Below are positions 15,234 through 27,341 of a DNA stretch of 64,000 nt, in pieces. The DNA is from Macrostomum lignano (taxonomy: Eukaryota). A model generated the notes under the pieces. It was not told the DNA's origin, searched no databases, and worked only from the letters and a program-made list of their open reading frames with translations. The translations under genes were made by a program, and so were the position numbers. Positions within the stretch are counted from its first letter, which is position 1. Each line of letters begins with the position of its first letter. The stretch lies in assembly GCA_002269645.1 (NCBI GenBank), contig NIVC01003527.1, forward strand, positions 28,822-92,821, written 5' to 3'.

Positions 15234-15418
15234 CATCCACTATCCGGCCGCTGCCCCACCCCACACCAGGCTTCGAGTGCCGGTGCGGCGGTACCTATTG
15301 CCCAGCGCACCGCTACAGCGACAAGCACGACTGCTCGTTTGACTATCGCAGCCACGGCAGGCACGAGATTCGCAAGGCCAATCCTCAGGTCCTGTCTAGT
15401 AAAGTCGACCGGCTTTGA
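13167..15418 (+). CDS. ZFAND5: A20/AN1-type zinc finger protein (ZFAND5/6-like), 4 exons, 213 aa
   Basis: Exons 13167-13386, 14094-14264, 14388-14489, 15270-15418, all GT-AG and in phase (642 nt). A20 finger [20 protein letters not shown]; AN1 finger [40 protein letters not shown]. The symbol marks family level only (ZFAND5 versus ZFAND6 cannot be resolved). Confidence 0.93.
13415..14020 (+). repeat. 28-bp minisatellite (CCCAGATCCTCAGTTGCTGGGCCAGCCT)n in ZFAND intron 1
   Basis: About 20 tandem units; the same unit recurs at 56020-56290 and 56995-57640 on the minus strand. Confidence 0.92.
14588..15242. repeat. (ATCT)n microsatellite in ZFAND intron 3
   Basis: Direct reading. Confidence 0.95.
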
Positions 15419-15649
15419 GCTTCATTTTGTTGCATCCGGGATTGCACAGATAATTAATAGGCATTAGTAAGGTGCAGAGATTAATGTACTGAAAGCTAAA
15501 TCTTGAATAAGTTTGCTTTATCTGCTATCTTTCTGTATTTATCGAATGCGCTGGTTTGTTTGGTTTGATTTTTTTACGTCAAGTAAAGTTCGATATTCTC
15601 TCGTGACTGGTTATTTATCAGATTCCATTCAGATTTGGGGTCATCCTCA

Positions 15650-15838
15650 AGGCAGACTTGGTCATACTCAAGGTCGACTTGGTCATACTCAAGGTAGACT
15701 TGGTCATACCTAAGGTACACTTGGTCATGCTCAAGGCAGACTTGGTCATACCTAAGGTACACTTGGTCATGCTCAAGGCAGACTTGGTCATACCTAAGGT
15801 ACACTTGGTCATGCTCAAGGTAGACTTGGTCATCCTCA
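15650..15838. repeat. 21-bp minisatellite (AAGGYAGACTTGGTCATRCTC), about 9 units
   Basis: Direct reading; lies downstream of the ZFAND stop codon. Confidence 0.9.
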
Positions 15839-16589
15839 ATGTACAGATACTCAAAGTACACAGTAAAATATTGAGAGTCGAAATTAAATAATTTAATTGC
15901 TTTGAATGTACATGCTGATATTATTTAAATAATCTGTTTTATAAGGCCCGCTTGCTTCTCTGCGTATGTTTTGTACCCTTAATATCGTTTCCAAAATTCC
16001 TGCTATTTGTTTGTACCCTGTTTGTTTTTATGAATCCCAACTTCGTATGTCTTACAATACAATTTAGAACTAGTATTGCACGTAGTTATCTTGTCATATA
16101 ATCTTAAATACTAACTACCCCTTAGATAGAAGTGTTTGCTTCGAAGATCTGATTTTTTCCCTTGTTTTGATTTTTTGAACAGCAATTATCTTACTTTGAC
16201 TGTCGTCTTTGGATTATTCTAAAGAGAACTGTTTGATATCCAATTTTAAATAATCACAGATACTGGAATAACTAGATATGTCAGTCGCATGAAATGCTTT
16301 AAAAATTCGATAAAATTTTACAGTTATTTAAAGTTTCAACAGTCGCCTCTAGCTTTCTAAAAGCAGACCCATTGAATTAGCATCTTCATTCAGTTTTACC
16401 GACTCCAAACTGACTTAGACTTGAAACTTATTAAAAAGAAATCAATTTAAGACTGAAAGATTGCAGTGAAACTTGAAAACTCAAATCCAGTGCGTGAGCA
16501 TCGCGAGCAAGAGAAAAAAGGGTTGGGCGAGCCCCACCCCCGCAGATAAACAGTTTGGCTTTCCTCTTGCCCCGCTTGTGCATGACTTT

Positions 16590-16800
16590 GACCTCTCTCC
16601 TTGCTGCTCTCTCATTGGCTGAGCTAGATTGGGCCTGTCCCCCAGGCTGAGTTTCGTCCGTCTGGCTTTGATCCTTACTTCTTTCTCATTGGCTGAGCTA
16701 GATTGGGCCTGCCTCTAGGCTAAGTTTCGTTCGTCTGGCTTTGTCCTCTCTCATTGCTGCTCTCATTGGCTGAGCCTAGATTGGTCCTTGAGTTTTGTCC
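16590..16800. repeat. Three ~75-80-bp direct repeats, each with two inverted CCAAT-like boxes
   Basis: TCTCATTGGCTGAGCTAGATTGGGCCTG occurs three times. Confidence 0.7.
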
Positions 16801-17619
16801 GTCTTGCGTTCATTTGTGTGCACCGTGTTAGATGGCTTGTTGTTCATTCTTCACCCCATATACTTCTGAGGCCGCAAACCCAGAGGAAAGGAAAGGAAAT
16901 TTTTGCTTCCATTTTAAATTTAAGTGCTACTGCTCAGACAAACTACTGAATAAAAAAGTAGACGCTCTACCTTATTCACAATTTTTATTGCGAGTGGCAT
17001 ATCAAGTTATTTCTAATACATTAGTATCTAAGACTTAATTAATTGTATTACTTCTCGACTACAGACAAAATTTTTGTTCAGAACTTGATTCGATTTTTTA
17101 ATACTTTTTATTTATAATTCATATTTAACTGCTTTATAGATGTTAAACTAAGTAAGTTTTTTTCTGTGTGACGACTGAGTAGCGAAACGTGAGTGACAAT
17201 GTTGTGTACTTGCTGCTTCGGCTCTTTTACGTAGTACCCATTTCTCCCAGCTGTGACTAACTATCTACCTGCGTAGCGTTGTTGCTAGGGCAACTATAAA
17301 ACTTGATGACTAAATGCATGTTTATTATATCTCATTCAGTATGCTATTTGTTAGCTTGCGTAACTACCCAACAATATATGTCTTCTGTTACTGTTAATTA
17401 TAACAATAGTTGATATTAATATCGTTTATTGTGCTTAATCCTTTTCTTGTAGCTGTATAAGAATAAGCCTATACAGTATACACACTGATCTGTTAGATAA
17501 GAATTCTTTTACTTGGCTAAAACATGTAGAAACAAAATCTTGTGCGTCATTATGCGCCCCCTCTGCTACCCTCCACTACTACCCACTTCTATCATTATCG
17601 TTAAAATCCATATTTTCAA

Positions 17620-18425
17620 TCAAAATCCCCATAATTCAAATCAAAATCCCCATAATTCAAATAAAAATCCCCAGAACTCGAAATAAAATCCCCATCATTC
17701 AAATAAAAATCCCCATAATTCGAATTAAAATCCTAATAATTCGAATTAAAATCCCCATAATTCAATTTAAAATCCCCAGAATTCAAATTAAAATCCCCAG
17801 AATTCGAATTAAAATCCCCATCATTCAAATAAAAATCCCCATAATTCGAATTAAAATCCTAATGATTCGAATTAAAATCCCCATAATTCAATTTAAAATC
17901 CCCAGAATTCAAATTAAAATCCCCAGAATTCGAATTAAAATCCCCATAATTCAAATAAAAATCCCCAGAATTCAAATTAAAATCCCCAGAATTCAAATTA
18001 AAATCCCCAGAATTCAAATACAAATCCCCGGAATTCAAATTAAAATCCCCAGAATTCGAATTAAAATCCCCAGAATTCAAATTAAAATCCCCAGAATTCG
18101 AATTAAAATCCCCATAATTCAAATAAAAATCCCCAGAATTCAAATAAAAATCCCCAGAATTCAAATTAAAATCCCCAGAATTCAAATACAAATCCCCGGA
18201 ATTCGAATTAAAATCCCCAGAATTCGAATTAAAATCCCCATAATTCAAATAAAAATCCCCATAATTCAAATAAAAATCCCCAGAATTCAAATTAAAATCC
18301 CCAGAATTCAAATTAAAATCCCCAGAATTCAAATACAAATCCCCGGAATTCGAATTAAAATCCCTATCATCAAATTAAAATTCCCATAATTCGAATTAAA
18401 TTCCCCATAGTTCAAATCAAAATCC
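17620..18425. repeat. 21-bp minisatellite (AAAATCCCCAGAATTCAAATT)n
   Basis: About 38 units; source of the spurious ORFs 17859-18338 and 17862-18389. Confidence 0.93.
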
Positions 18426-19079
18426 CTAGAATTGATATTCGAATCCCAATCTTAATTCAGCCATCGCTAAGATTCAGACTCCGCTGAATTAAGGTCGCAT
18501 TTATCTTATCAAGTTTTTCGTTGCTGCGCAGCAAATTCAAATATCATCTATTTATCAGCCGGCTTTAAAAATTTATGGAATCCTAATTTGAGTCCGTCTT
18601 TTTTCGATGGCCGCCTCCGTGGCGCCTCAGCCTCCCGCGAGTTCGCGTGACTCCGAGGCCGAAGATCCGGGAGCAGAGGGGAAAGGGAAGTTCGACTCAA
18701 TTGAGAAGGTTTTTTTAATTTTCTGTTATTTTCTATGGTAATATTACTAAAAGAGAGCCATATTTTTGCCAGGAAAGGCATCATATGACGCTTTGCCTCT
18801 TCTGATCCGCCGGCTCAGGTCAGGAAAGAATTTTCACGAGTGCTGCTGTGATTTGAAATATTTTAGCGGTAACTTTTCTTTGAAAATTTGCCCCCTTTCT
18901 GTTGATTTTTGGGGTGCACCAACGCCACTGCTAATCTGAAGTCTTCATTGCTTATTGAAATCAGTGATATTGGCAGTTATAATTCGCGCCGGGTTTAAGG
19001 TTTTGGCGCCCGATTTGATGCTCTGTTGCTAGGTTTGGGGTTTTGATATCCATGTCGAATTCAATCACTAATCTGGCGC

Positions 19080-19818
19080 CGGATCCACTAGACTTGGCGC
19101 CATATTCACTAGACTGGCGCTATGTTTACTAGACTAAGCGCCAGATTCACTAGACTTAGCGCCAGATTCACTAGACTTGGCGCCAGATTCACTAGACGTG
19201 CCAAATTCACTAGACTGGTGCCAAATTCACTAGACTTGGCGCCAGATTCACTAGACTGGTGCCAAATTCACTAGACTGGCGCCAGATTCACTAGACTGGT
19301 GCCAGATTCACTAGACTTGGCGCCAGATTCACTAGACTAGCGCCAGATTCACTAGACTGGTGCCAGATTCACTAGACTGGTGCCAGATTCACTAGACTGG
19401 CGCCAGATTCACTAGACTTGGCGCCAGATTCACTAGACTAGCGCCAGATTACTAGATTGATGCCAGATTCACTAGACTGGCGCCAAATTCACTAAACGGG
19501 CGCCAGATTCACTAGACTGGCGCCAGATTCACTTGATTTGCGCCAGATTACTAGATTGATGCCAGATTCACTAGACTGGCGCCAAATTCACTAAACGGGC
19601 GCCAGATTCACTTGACTTGCGCCAGATCCATTAGAATGGCGCCAGATTCACTAGACTGACGCTAAATTTACTAAACTGGTTCCAGATTCACTAGACTGGC
19701 GCCAAATTCACTAAACTGGCGCCAGATTCACTAGATTTAGCTCCAGATTCACTAGACTTAGCGCCAGATTCACTAGACTTAGCGCCAAATTCACTAGACT
19801 TGGCGCCAGATTCACTAG
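19080..19818. repeat. 20-21-bp minisatellite (GCCAGATTCACTAGACTTGGC)n with GGCGCC junctions
   Basis: About 35 units. Confidence 0.93.
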
Positions 19819-20489
19819 ACAGCAGGCTAGTTATGTATATATGTACATACATCAGTACTGTGTAAAAAATTGTCTTTGACAAAGCTACGTAGAGCTTAGC
19901 CTAGCCGGGATCAACGGTGCCACAATGGGGCCGGCCTCCCCGTCTGTAATTCGGTATGCCATTGACTAATCCTATTCAGTCTTGCCTCCGCGCCGGCATA
20001 TACATAAGTAATAACTAATAATAATTATATGCGCCAGCTTCAGCTCCAGAAGCCAGTTTTTTCGCGGTCTAATTCACATTCACAGGAAGAAATTTTCTGG
20101 TCAAGTTCTATCAATAGTCACAGAATTGGGGCTCGGGCGGCAGCAATTATCTATGCATATTTATTCATGTAAAATTGTCATAGCCATATGGTGCCAGAGA
20201 TAAAACTGCTGGTGTTGCGTGTCTCGACTTTTACTTTGTCACATTATAGATGCCTTTAAAGGCTGAGACTTTACGTAGCCTGTGGTTTCTGTATTTGGTT
20301 CATTAAAAATTTTGACAGAAGAATACTTCTGACAACATTTATAGATAGACGCTTCGATTAAATCCATGGAAAAGTTTTAAAGATCTGCATGTACTTTTAT
20401 TAAGCTTCTTTTTTAAATTATCTCAGTAGTAATCGGTATGTGTTGTTCTTTGCACAGCGGTTGTGTCCTGCTGTCCAGTGTGTTACATG

Positions 20490-20905
20490 GTGGTCCTTGG
20501 TAATGTCTTTGGTAAAGTCGTCCTTGGCAATGTTGTCTTTGGTAAATTCGTCCTTGGTAAAGTTGTCTTTGGTACTCGTAAAGTCGTCCTTGGTAGTGTT
20601 GTCTTTGGTAAAGAGGTCCTTGGCAATGTTGTCTTTGGTAAAGTTGTCCTTGGTAGTGTTCTTTGATTTAAGTGGTCCTTGGTAAAGCTGTCTTTGGTAA
20701 AGTCGTCCTTGACAATGTTGTCTTTGGTAAAGTCGTCCTTGGTAAAGTCGTCCTTGGTAAAGTTGTCTTTGGCACTCGTAAAGTCGTCCTTGGTAAAGTT
20801 GTCTTTGGTAAAGAGGTCCTTGGCAATGTTGTCTTTGGTAAAGTCGTCCTTGGTAAAGTGTTCTTTGATTAAAGTGGTCCTTGGTAAAGCTGTCTTTGGT
20901 AAAGG
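20490..20905. repeat. 15/30-bp tandem array (CCTTGGTAAAGTTGTCTTTGGTAAAGTCGT) with a ~180-bp higher-order duplication
   Basis: Direct reading. Confidence 0.9.
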
Positions 20906-21824
20906 TGGTCGTTGATAAAGTGGTGGCCTCAGTGTCTGGTACGAGTATATCAGCGGCTCAACGCAACGCTTCAAAGAGTTTCAACATCAAACGGATTCGT
21001 TTTGACTTGCCGCTTCGCTGCTCACCCCCTATAGGGCGTTTATTTATTTAGTCTCAAAGTCTATAACTATAATTTATTGCAGACCTGCATGGTTGGTCAT
21101 AGCTACAGTACTCAGGGTCAGATGTATAAATTTATTAAGTTTTTCGTGCATACCAACGTGCGAGTCCCGGTTTCCTCACACCTGCTACATCTTTGATAAA
21201 AAAAGAAAATAATTTTGTGACTGAGCAATCATTATATTTGAACGCAAAAACTAAAAGTGCATTTCAGGCACCGCTTATGGAAGTTCAATTTGCGTCTCGA
21301 AAATTCTTTTAGCGAGATAGGAATTGTTCAGTTATTTAGTGCTAACTTGTTAATTTCTCACATTTAGAGATTGACATTTCTATGCTAAATTTCGTTCAAA
21401 AGATGTTTATTAAATTGAAAAAGTACAGTACGTATGTTCTTTAAACGTTCGTTTTTTCAGCAGAATGCACTGTATTGAATGGGTTTTTACCACAGACAGT
21501 CTTGGAACAAAAAAAGCCATTAAATTCCAAGCGTAAGTCGGTGAACTGATATCCCGATAGCTTAGCGTTCTTTATTTATATGCGTATGTAGCAGAAATGT
21601 AGCCATAAAACGCAATAATTACATGCATGTTTTGTGTGTTGGATTTCGCGGAAAATATTTATAGAAGCGACGAATGAACGTTCATATAATTAACTTATTT
21701 TATTTTTACTATAGTTACATATGCACTATCAAATTCTATTCATTATGCTTGTTGTTTAGTTACGAACAAAAGCTTACATGTTGCGAACAGTATATAACAA
21801 GCAAAAGTTCCACGAAAAGTTATA

Positions 21825-22335
21825 GTTTCACCTGTTCACACAATGGTTACGCCTGTTCACACAATATTTACACCTGTTCTCACAATGGTTACGCCTGTTC
21901 ACACAATATTTACACCTGTTCTCACAATGGTTACGCCTGTTCACACAATATTTACACCTGTTCTCACAATGGTTACGACTGTTCACACAATGGTTACACC
22001 TGTTCACACATGGATCCCACCTGTTCACACATGGATCCCACCTGTTCACGCTATGATTTCACCTCTTCACACAATGATTTCACCTCTTCACACTATGATT
22101 TCACCTCTTCACACTATGATTTCACCCCTTCACACAATGATTTCAACTCTTCACACTATGATTTCACCTCTTCACACAATGGTTTCACCTCTTCACACAA
22201 TGATTTCACCCCTTCACGCTATGATTTTACCTCTTCACACTATGATTTCACCTCTTCACACAATGATTTTACCTCTTCACGCTATGATTTCACCTGTTCA
22301 CTCAATGATTTTACCTCTTCACACTATGGTTTCAC
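21825..22335. repeat. 21-bp minisatellite (CACCTCTTCACACTATGATTT-like) with graded variants
   Basis: Direct reading; lies just beyond the GPCR stop codon. Confidence 0.9.
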
Positions 22336-22420
22336 AATAGAAGTTGATGATTAAAAGAGGCTTAAATGAAGTCATTAGCTTTCGCTGAATGAACAAACTC
22401 AGACGCGCAAAATTAAATTC

Positions 22421-23176
22421 TCAGTTTGCCTCTTCCTTCCGTCGCATAGCCACCAGTTCCAAAGCTTCATCTCGCGCCTGCGGCTGCTTCACCTGATTTT
22501 GCTGCTCCTGACCACGCGGCGGCTGGTCCTCTACCAGCTGCTGCCGCTGCTGCCGCTGCTTATTTTGAATTCCCAGCAGTCGGAAAGCCTCAGCTTTGAA
22601 GGTCGGTCCAACCAGACAGTACAGCAGGAAGTGCATCGCGTAGCTCAGATTGAACAGCAGGTAGGACAGCATCTGCACCACGTACACAAGGTTTGCCAGC
22701 CTCGGTCGCTCCAGAATCTCTTCGCGTTTGGAATTAAGCAGCTTCATCACCAGCAGGTAGGGCAGCGAAGAGATCAGGTAGAACAGGTTGGTGCTGAGCA
22801 GCATCTTCGTGAGGTTGCCGCCCCAGCCGCCTGAGCAGCCAATGCCGCGAGGCTTTCGTTTCTGTCGGCGCTTCTTGTTCAGGCTGGCCTCCCGTCTGAG
22901 CCGCAGGCGGCGGAGCCGGCGAGCGATGAGCAGGTTGGCGCACAGCATGATGAGGAACGGCCCCACCGTCACCAGGGCGGGGTCAACGTACGTCACATAG
23001 GCGTGCTTGATCAGCGGATCGTGAATGTGACACTTCATGGTTTGGTTGAGCTCGCCGCCTTCTTGGCGCGGCTCCAGCCTGTGGGATGGAGAGGACTTGC
23101 TGTCTGTCTGTGTGTCTGTCTGTGTGTCTGTCTGTTTGTCTGTCTGTCTGTCTGCCTGTCTGTCTGTCTGTCTGTG

Positions 23177-23212
<36 letters not shown>

Positions 23213-23232
23213 GGTCTGTCTGTCTGTCTGTG

Positions 23233-23284
<52 letters not shown>

Positions 23285-23300
23285 GGTCTGTCTGTCTGTG

Positions 23301-23387
<87 letters not shown>

Positions 23388-26300
23388 GTCTGTCTGTCTG
23401 TCTCTGTCTGTCTGTCTGTCTGTCTATCTGTCTGTCTGTCTGTCTGTCTGTCTCTGTCTGTCTGTCTCTGTCTGTCTGTCTTAGTGTCTGTCTGTCTTAG
23501 TGTCTGTCTTTGAACTCTTATTTCCGCAATCCCCCCCCAGTTGATCACCTGTGCAAGGCTTTACCCAGATGCATAAAGGTATGCACTAAATCATATTTAC
23601 ATGGAGGTGATTCCCCAGTGTTATCGTTAAGCAAACTGCCCCTCAGTCTTCAGATCTCGGCACTGACAGCAGCCCCGCACAGATTAGAAGAAGTTTCCCT
23701 GAACTAATCCTCTATTATGTCATAAATTCTCATTTAGTCATATTTTTCCAAAGAAGACGCAATCTCATTCGTACATCACGTGCTTTATGATTGCTTTGAT
23801 AAGAATAAAAATGGGATACTGAAGCCCTGACTTGCCCGTAGTAGAATTGCCAGCTCGCCTATGAATCCACCTCCATGTTGAAATTCATCCAGATCCAGTC
23901 TATTACTACTATTTCAAGTCAAAACACACTGGGTTACGGACATTGGAAGTGCGCTGGTATGCGTTTTATAGTTCCACTTGGAGCTGCAAGCATAGCCAAG
24001 TAAGTAAAACTAGTCTGGCTGTAATTGATGGTCGCGTCTGGGACCATAGCCGATCTGTTTTACTCCCACTAACAGAATTTATCAATCAGTCGGGACAAAA
24101 GTACAAAATGTACTGCGAATCTACAAGCTTGACGATGACGATGCGGGCTGCCTTTTTGTCTGACTACTTGACTGCTTTCACTGGTCTACTGGTTTACTGG
24201 TTTTAGGGGGTTGGTGTTTTGGGGGGTCGGTGTTTTGGGGCTGGTGTTTTGGGGCTGGTGTTTTGGGGCTGGTGTTTTGGGGCTGGTGTTTTGGATCTGG
24301 TGTTTTGGGGCTGGTGTTTTGGGGCTGGTGTTTTGGGGCTGGTGTTTTGGGGCTGGTGTTTTGGGGCTGGTGTTTTGGGGCTGGTGTTTTGGGGGTCGGT
24401 GTTTTGGGGCTGGTGTTTTGGGGGTCGGTGTTTTGGGGGGTTGTTGTTTTGGGGGGTCGGTGTTTTGGGGCTGGTGTTTTGGGGCTGGTGTTTTGGGGCT
24501 GGTGTTTTGGGGCTGGTGTTTTGGGGTCGGTGTTTTGGGGCTGGTGTTTTGGGGCTGGTGTTTTGGGGCTGGTGTTTTGGGGCTGGTGTTTTGGGGATTC
24601 GTGTTTGGGGGGTTGTTGTTTTGTGGGGTTGTTGTTTTGGGGGGTTGTTGTTTTGGGGGGTCGGTGTTTTGGGGCTGGTGTTTTGGGGCTGGTGTTTTGG
24701 GGCTGATGTTTTGGGGCTGGTGTTTTGGGGCTGGTGTTTTGGGGCCGGTGTTTTGGGGAGGGTTGGGGTTTTGGGGGTTCGTGTTTTGGGGCTGGTGTTT
24801 TGGGGATTCGTGTTTGGGGGGTTGTTGTTTTGGGGGTTGGTGTTTTGGGGGGTCGGTGTTTTGGGGCTGGTCTTTTGGGGCTGGTGTTTTGGGCCTGGTG
24901 TTTTGGGGCCGGTGTTTTGGGGAGGGTTGGGGTTTTGGGGGTTCGTGTTTGGGAGGTTGGTGTTTTGGGGGGTTGTTGTTTTGGGGGGTTGTTGTTTTGG
25001 GGGATTTGGTGTTTTGGGGGGTTGGTATTTCTGTGTTGATGATTTGAGGGTTGTTGCTTTTGGGTGTTTGGGATTAAAAGTGTTGTGCAATCGTGCCCTT
25101 TTTCGCCCTCGTGCCCCGCCCCTCCCCTTCCAGTCTGCCCCAACCCCTCCCTTTTTCTAAATGATCAATGCGTACGCCTATCACGCCACCTCGCACCACC
25201 ACCCCATACCGTACATTTGTTCTTAAGTTATATTCACACACGCGTAGGACAAATGAAAAATATATAATGAAGTCGCTGTCTGGTGGGCAGCCCTCGCCCT
25301 TCCCCGCGTTTGGTCCGCCTCTGTTGGCTATTGAAGAAAAACGACTTGTCTACCATTGTCTACCATAAAAAGTGCACGGCGAACTCATGTGCCTATGTAA
25401 CGCTGACTAAACTTACGTTGTTTCAGACTGTTCTGGAGCAATTATTTTGACAGAATTATGGGCTAAGCACATCAATCCTGAGGTATTAAAAGTTCAAATC
25501 GGTACATCAATCAGCTGACACCCAGTACTATTTTTATCATGAGTTCCCATACCAGTCACTGTTTGGTTCGCAGGTTTCAGCAAATTTCCTGAGCACCCCA
25601 ACAGCAAACGGCTTTGATTGATGCCTTATCAATCAGTTTTATCTATATTCATATCTGGGAGCAGATAGTATTTTTGCATAGAAATATTGCCCATAAGGTT
25701 TGCATTGAAAAGGGATTTATAAATTTCAAGGGCCCTACTCCACTTGAGTTTAAATTGAAGCTGAAGGATTTCTAAAATATTGAAAGTACTAAACCCGAAA
25801 TGGCAGACATCGAAATTCCATTAAGCTTGGTGCAGAAAATGGTAAACATTCTCACCTGGCGTAGAGAATCACCTGCAGATTGCAGCAGCAAACTGCCAGA
25901 GCGATGCCAGTCACAACAGCCGCGGCCAGGCGGACTGTGCACAGCTGGCGAGCTCGGAACGGCTTCAACACCCAAACCGCTCGATCGACTGTCACGGCCA
26001 CCAGCACCCAAGCGCTGATCTGGCTTGACGAGTAATTCACGAACAGGATCAGCTTGCACGCGGCGTCGTGAACATCTCGAAAGTGTCGCTCGGAGGTGAA
26101 CACGGCGGCTGATAGTGATCGAGTAGTGGGGCCGATCAGCAGTACGAGGACGTCCACCGCGGATAGGCAGGTCAAGTAGAATGCGGTGCTGGTCTGCTGC
26201 AGGTGGCGGCAGCGAAGCACTCGCATTGTCAGGAGATTCCCAGCAATGCCGAACAGGGCGATTATCGCCGTGAGAGTTATGTCGGCTGCCACCAGCTCCT

Positions 26301-27341
26301 TTAAGATTGCTTCTGTGCTGCCCGCGCCGGGTGGAGGTCTGTGGATGTTAATAAGTAGGCCTGGATGTGAGAGGGTTCTTTTGTGCGCTTATTTGAGCTG
26401 TGTTCCTTCCGGATTGACGTCACTTCCAGGTGAGTGAGCTGTGTTCCTACAGGACTGACGTCACTTCCAGGTGTGTGAGCTGTGTTCCTACATGATTGAC
26501 GTCACTTCCAGGTGTGTGAGCTGTGTTACTACATGATTGATGTCACTTCCAGGTGAGTGACCTGTGTTCCTACATGATTGATGTCACTTCCAGGTGAGTG
26601 ACCTGTGTTCCTACAGGATTGACGTCACTTCCAGGTGAGTGAGCTGTGTTCCTTCCGGATTGACGTCACTTCCAGGTGAGTGAGCTGTGTTCCTACATGA
26701 TTGATGTCACTTTCAGGTGAGTGAGCGGTGTTCCTATAGGATCGACGTCACTTCCAGGTGTGTGAGCTGTGTTCCTTCCGGATTGACGTCACTTCCAGGT
26801 GTGTGAGCTGTGTTCCTTCCGGATTGACGTCACTTCCAGGTGAGTGAGCTGTGTTCCTACAGGATTGACGTCACTTCCAAGTGAGTGAGCTGTGTTCCTA
26901 CAGGATTGACGTCACTTCCAGGTTGAGTGAGCTGTGTTCCTACAGGACTAACGTCACTTCCAGGTGTGTGAGCTGTGTTCCTACAGGATTGACGTCATTT
27001 CCAGGTGCGTGAGGTCTATTCTATTCTATCTGTCTATTCTAACTCTTTAGGAGTTACGTCAGTTTCAGGTGTTTGTGAACTGTGTTAATTCTGGTTTTAG
27101 TCACTTCCAGGTGTGCGACTGTCACTCAAGTATTTCTAAAATATTGGAGCTGTTTAAGGAATTTAAAGAATTGAAGAATTAGTTTTTTGGGTATTATAAA
27201 TCTGCACAGTTCTTCGACTCCTAAGAAACTAAGCAATACCTAAAAGTTCAATTAGCTTTTGCTGTAAACTGTAAATTACATACTATTAATCAGATAGACT
27301 TACTCCACATCGGCCACAGGGCTGGTGGTAGCTTTACCCAT
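22421..27341 (-). CDS. Rhodopsin-class (family A) GPCR, neuropeptide/FMRFamide-receptor-like orphan, 3 exons, 392 aa
   Basis: Exons 27341-27304, 26338-25856, 23078-22421; GT-AG, phases 2/2 match, 1179 nt. Motifs: TM1 GIAGN, TM2 LSAVD, TM3 VTVDRA, TM5 [12 protein letters not shown]6 LISSLPY, TM7 [11 protein letters not shown]. Confidence 0.9.
23099..23510. repeat. (TGTC)n microsatellite in GPCR intron 2
   Basis: Direct reading; abuts the 3' splice-site region. Confidence 0.95.
24200..25030. repeat. 14-bp G-rich minisatellite (TTTTGGGGCTGGTG)n in GPCR intron 2
   Basis: Direct reading; source of several spurious ~300-aa ORFs. Confidence 0.93.
26393..27012. repeat. 41-bp minisatellite with TGACGTCACTTCC (CRE+ETS) core, about 15 units, in GPCR intron 1
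   Basis: Unit GAGCTGTGTTCCTACAGGATTGACGTCACTTCCAGGTGAGT. Confidence 0.93.

Noticed and set aside
21674-22354. 226-aa Cys/His heptapeptide-repeat ORF (TCSHNGY/TSSHYDF) as a metal-binding protein
   Set aside because: Explained by a 21-bp tandem repeat open in more than one frame, with no convincing start or splice context. I cannot fully exclude it without RNA data.
24200-25030. Ciliate (T4G4) telomere contamination
   Set aside because: The unit is 14 bp with an extra CTGGTG, and it is internal to an intron whose flanking exons splice in phase.
24178-25160. ~300-aa Pro/Lys/Thr-rich or Gly/Val/Trp-rich ORFs (mucin- or extensin-like)
   Set aside because: Open in most frames on both strands because of the 14-bp repeat, and inside a GPCR intron.
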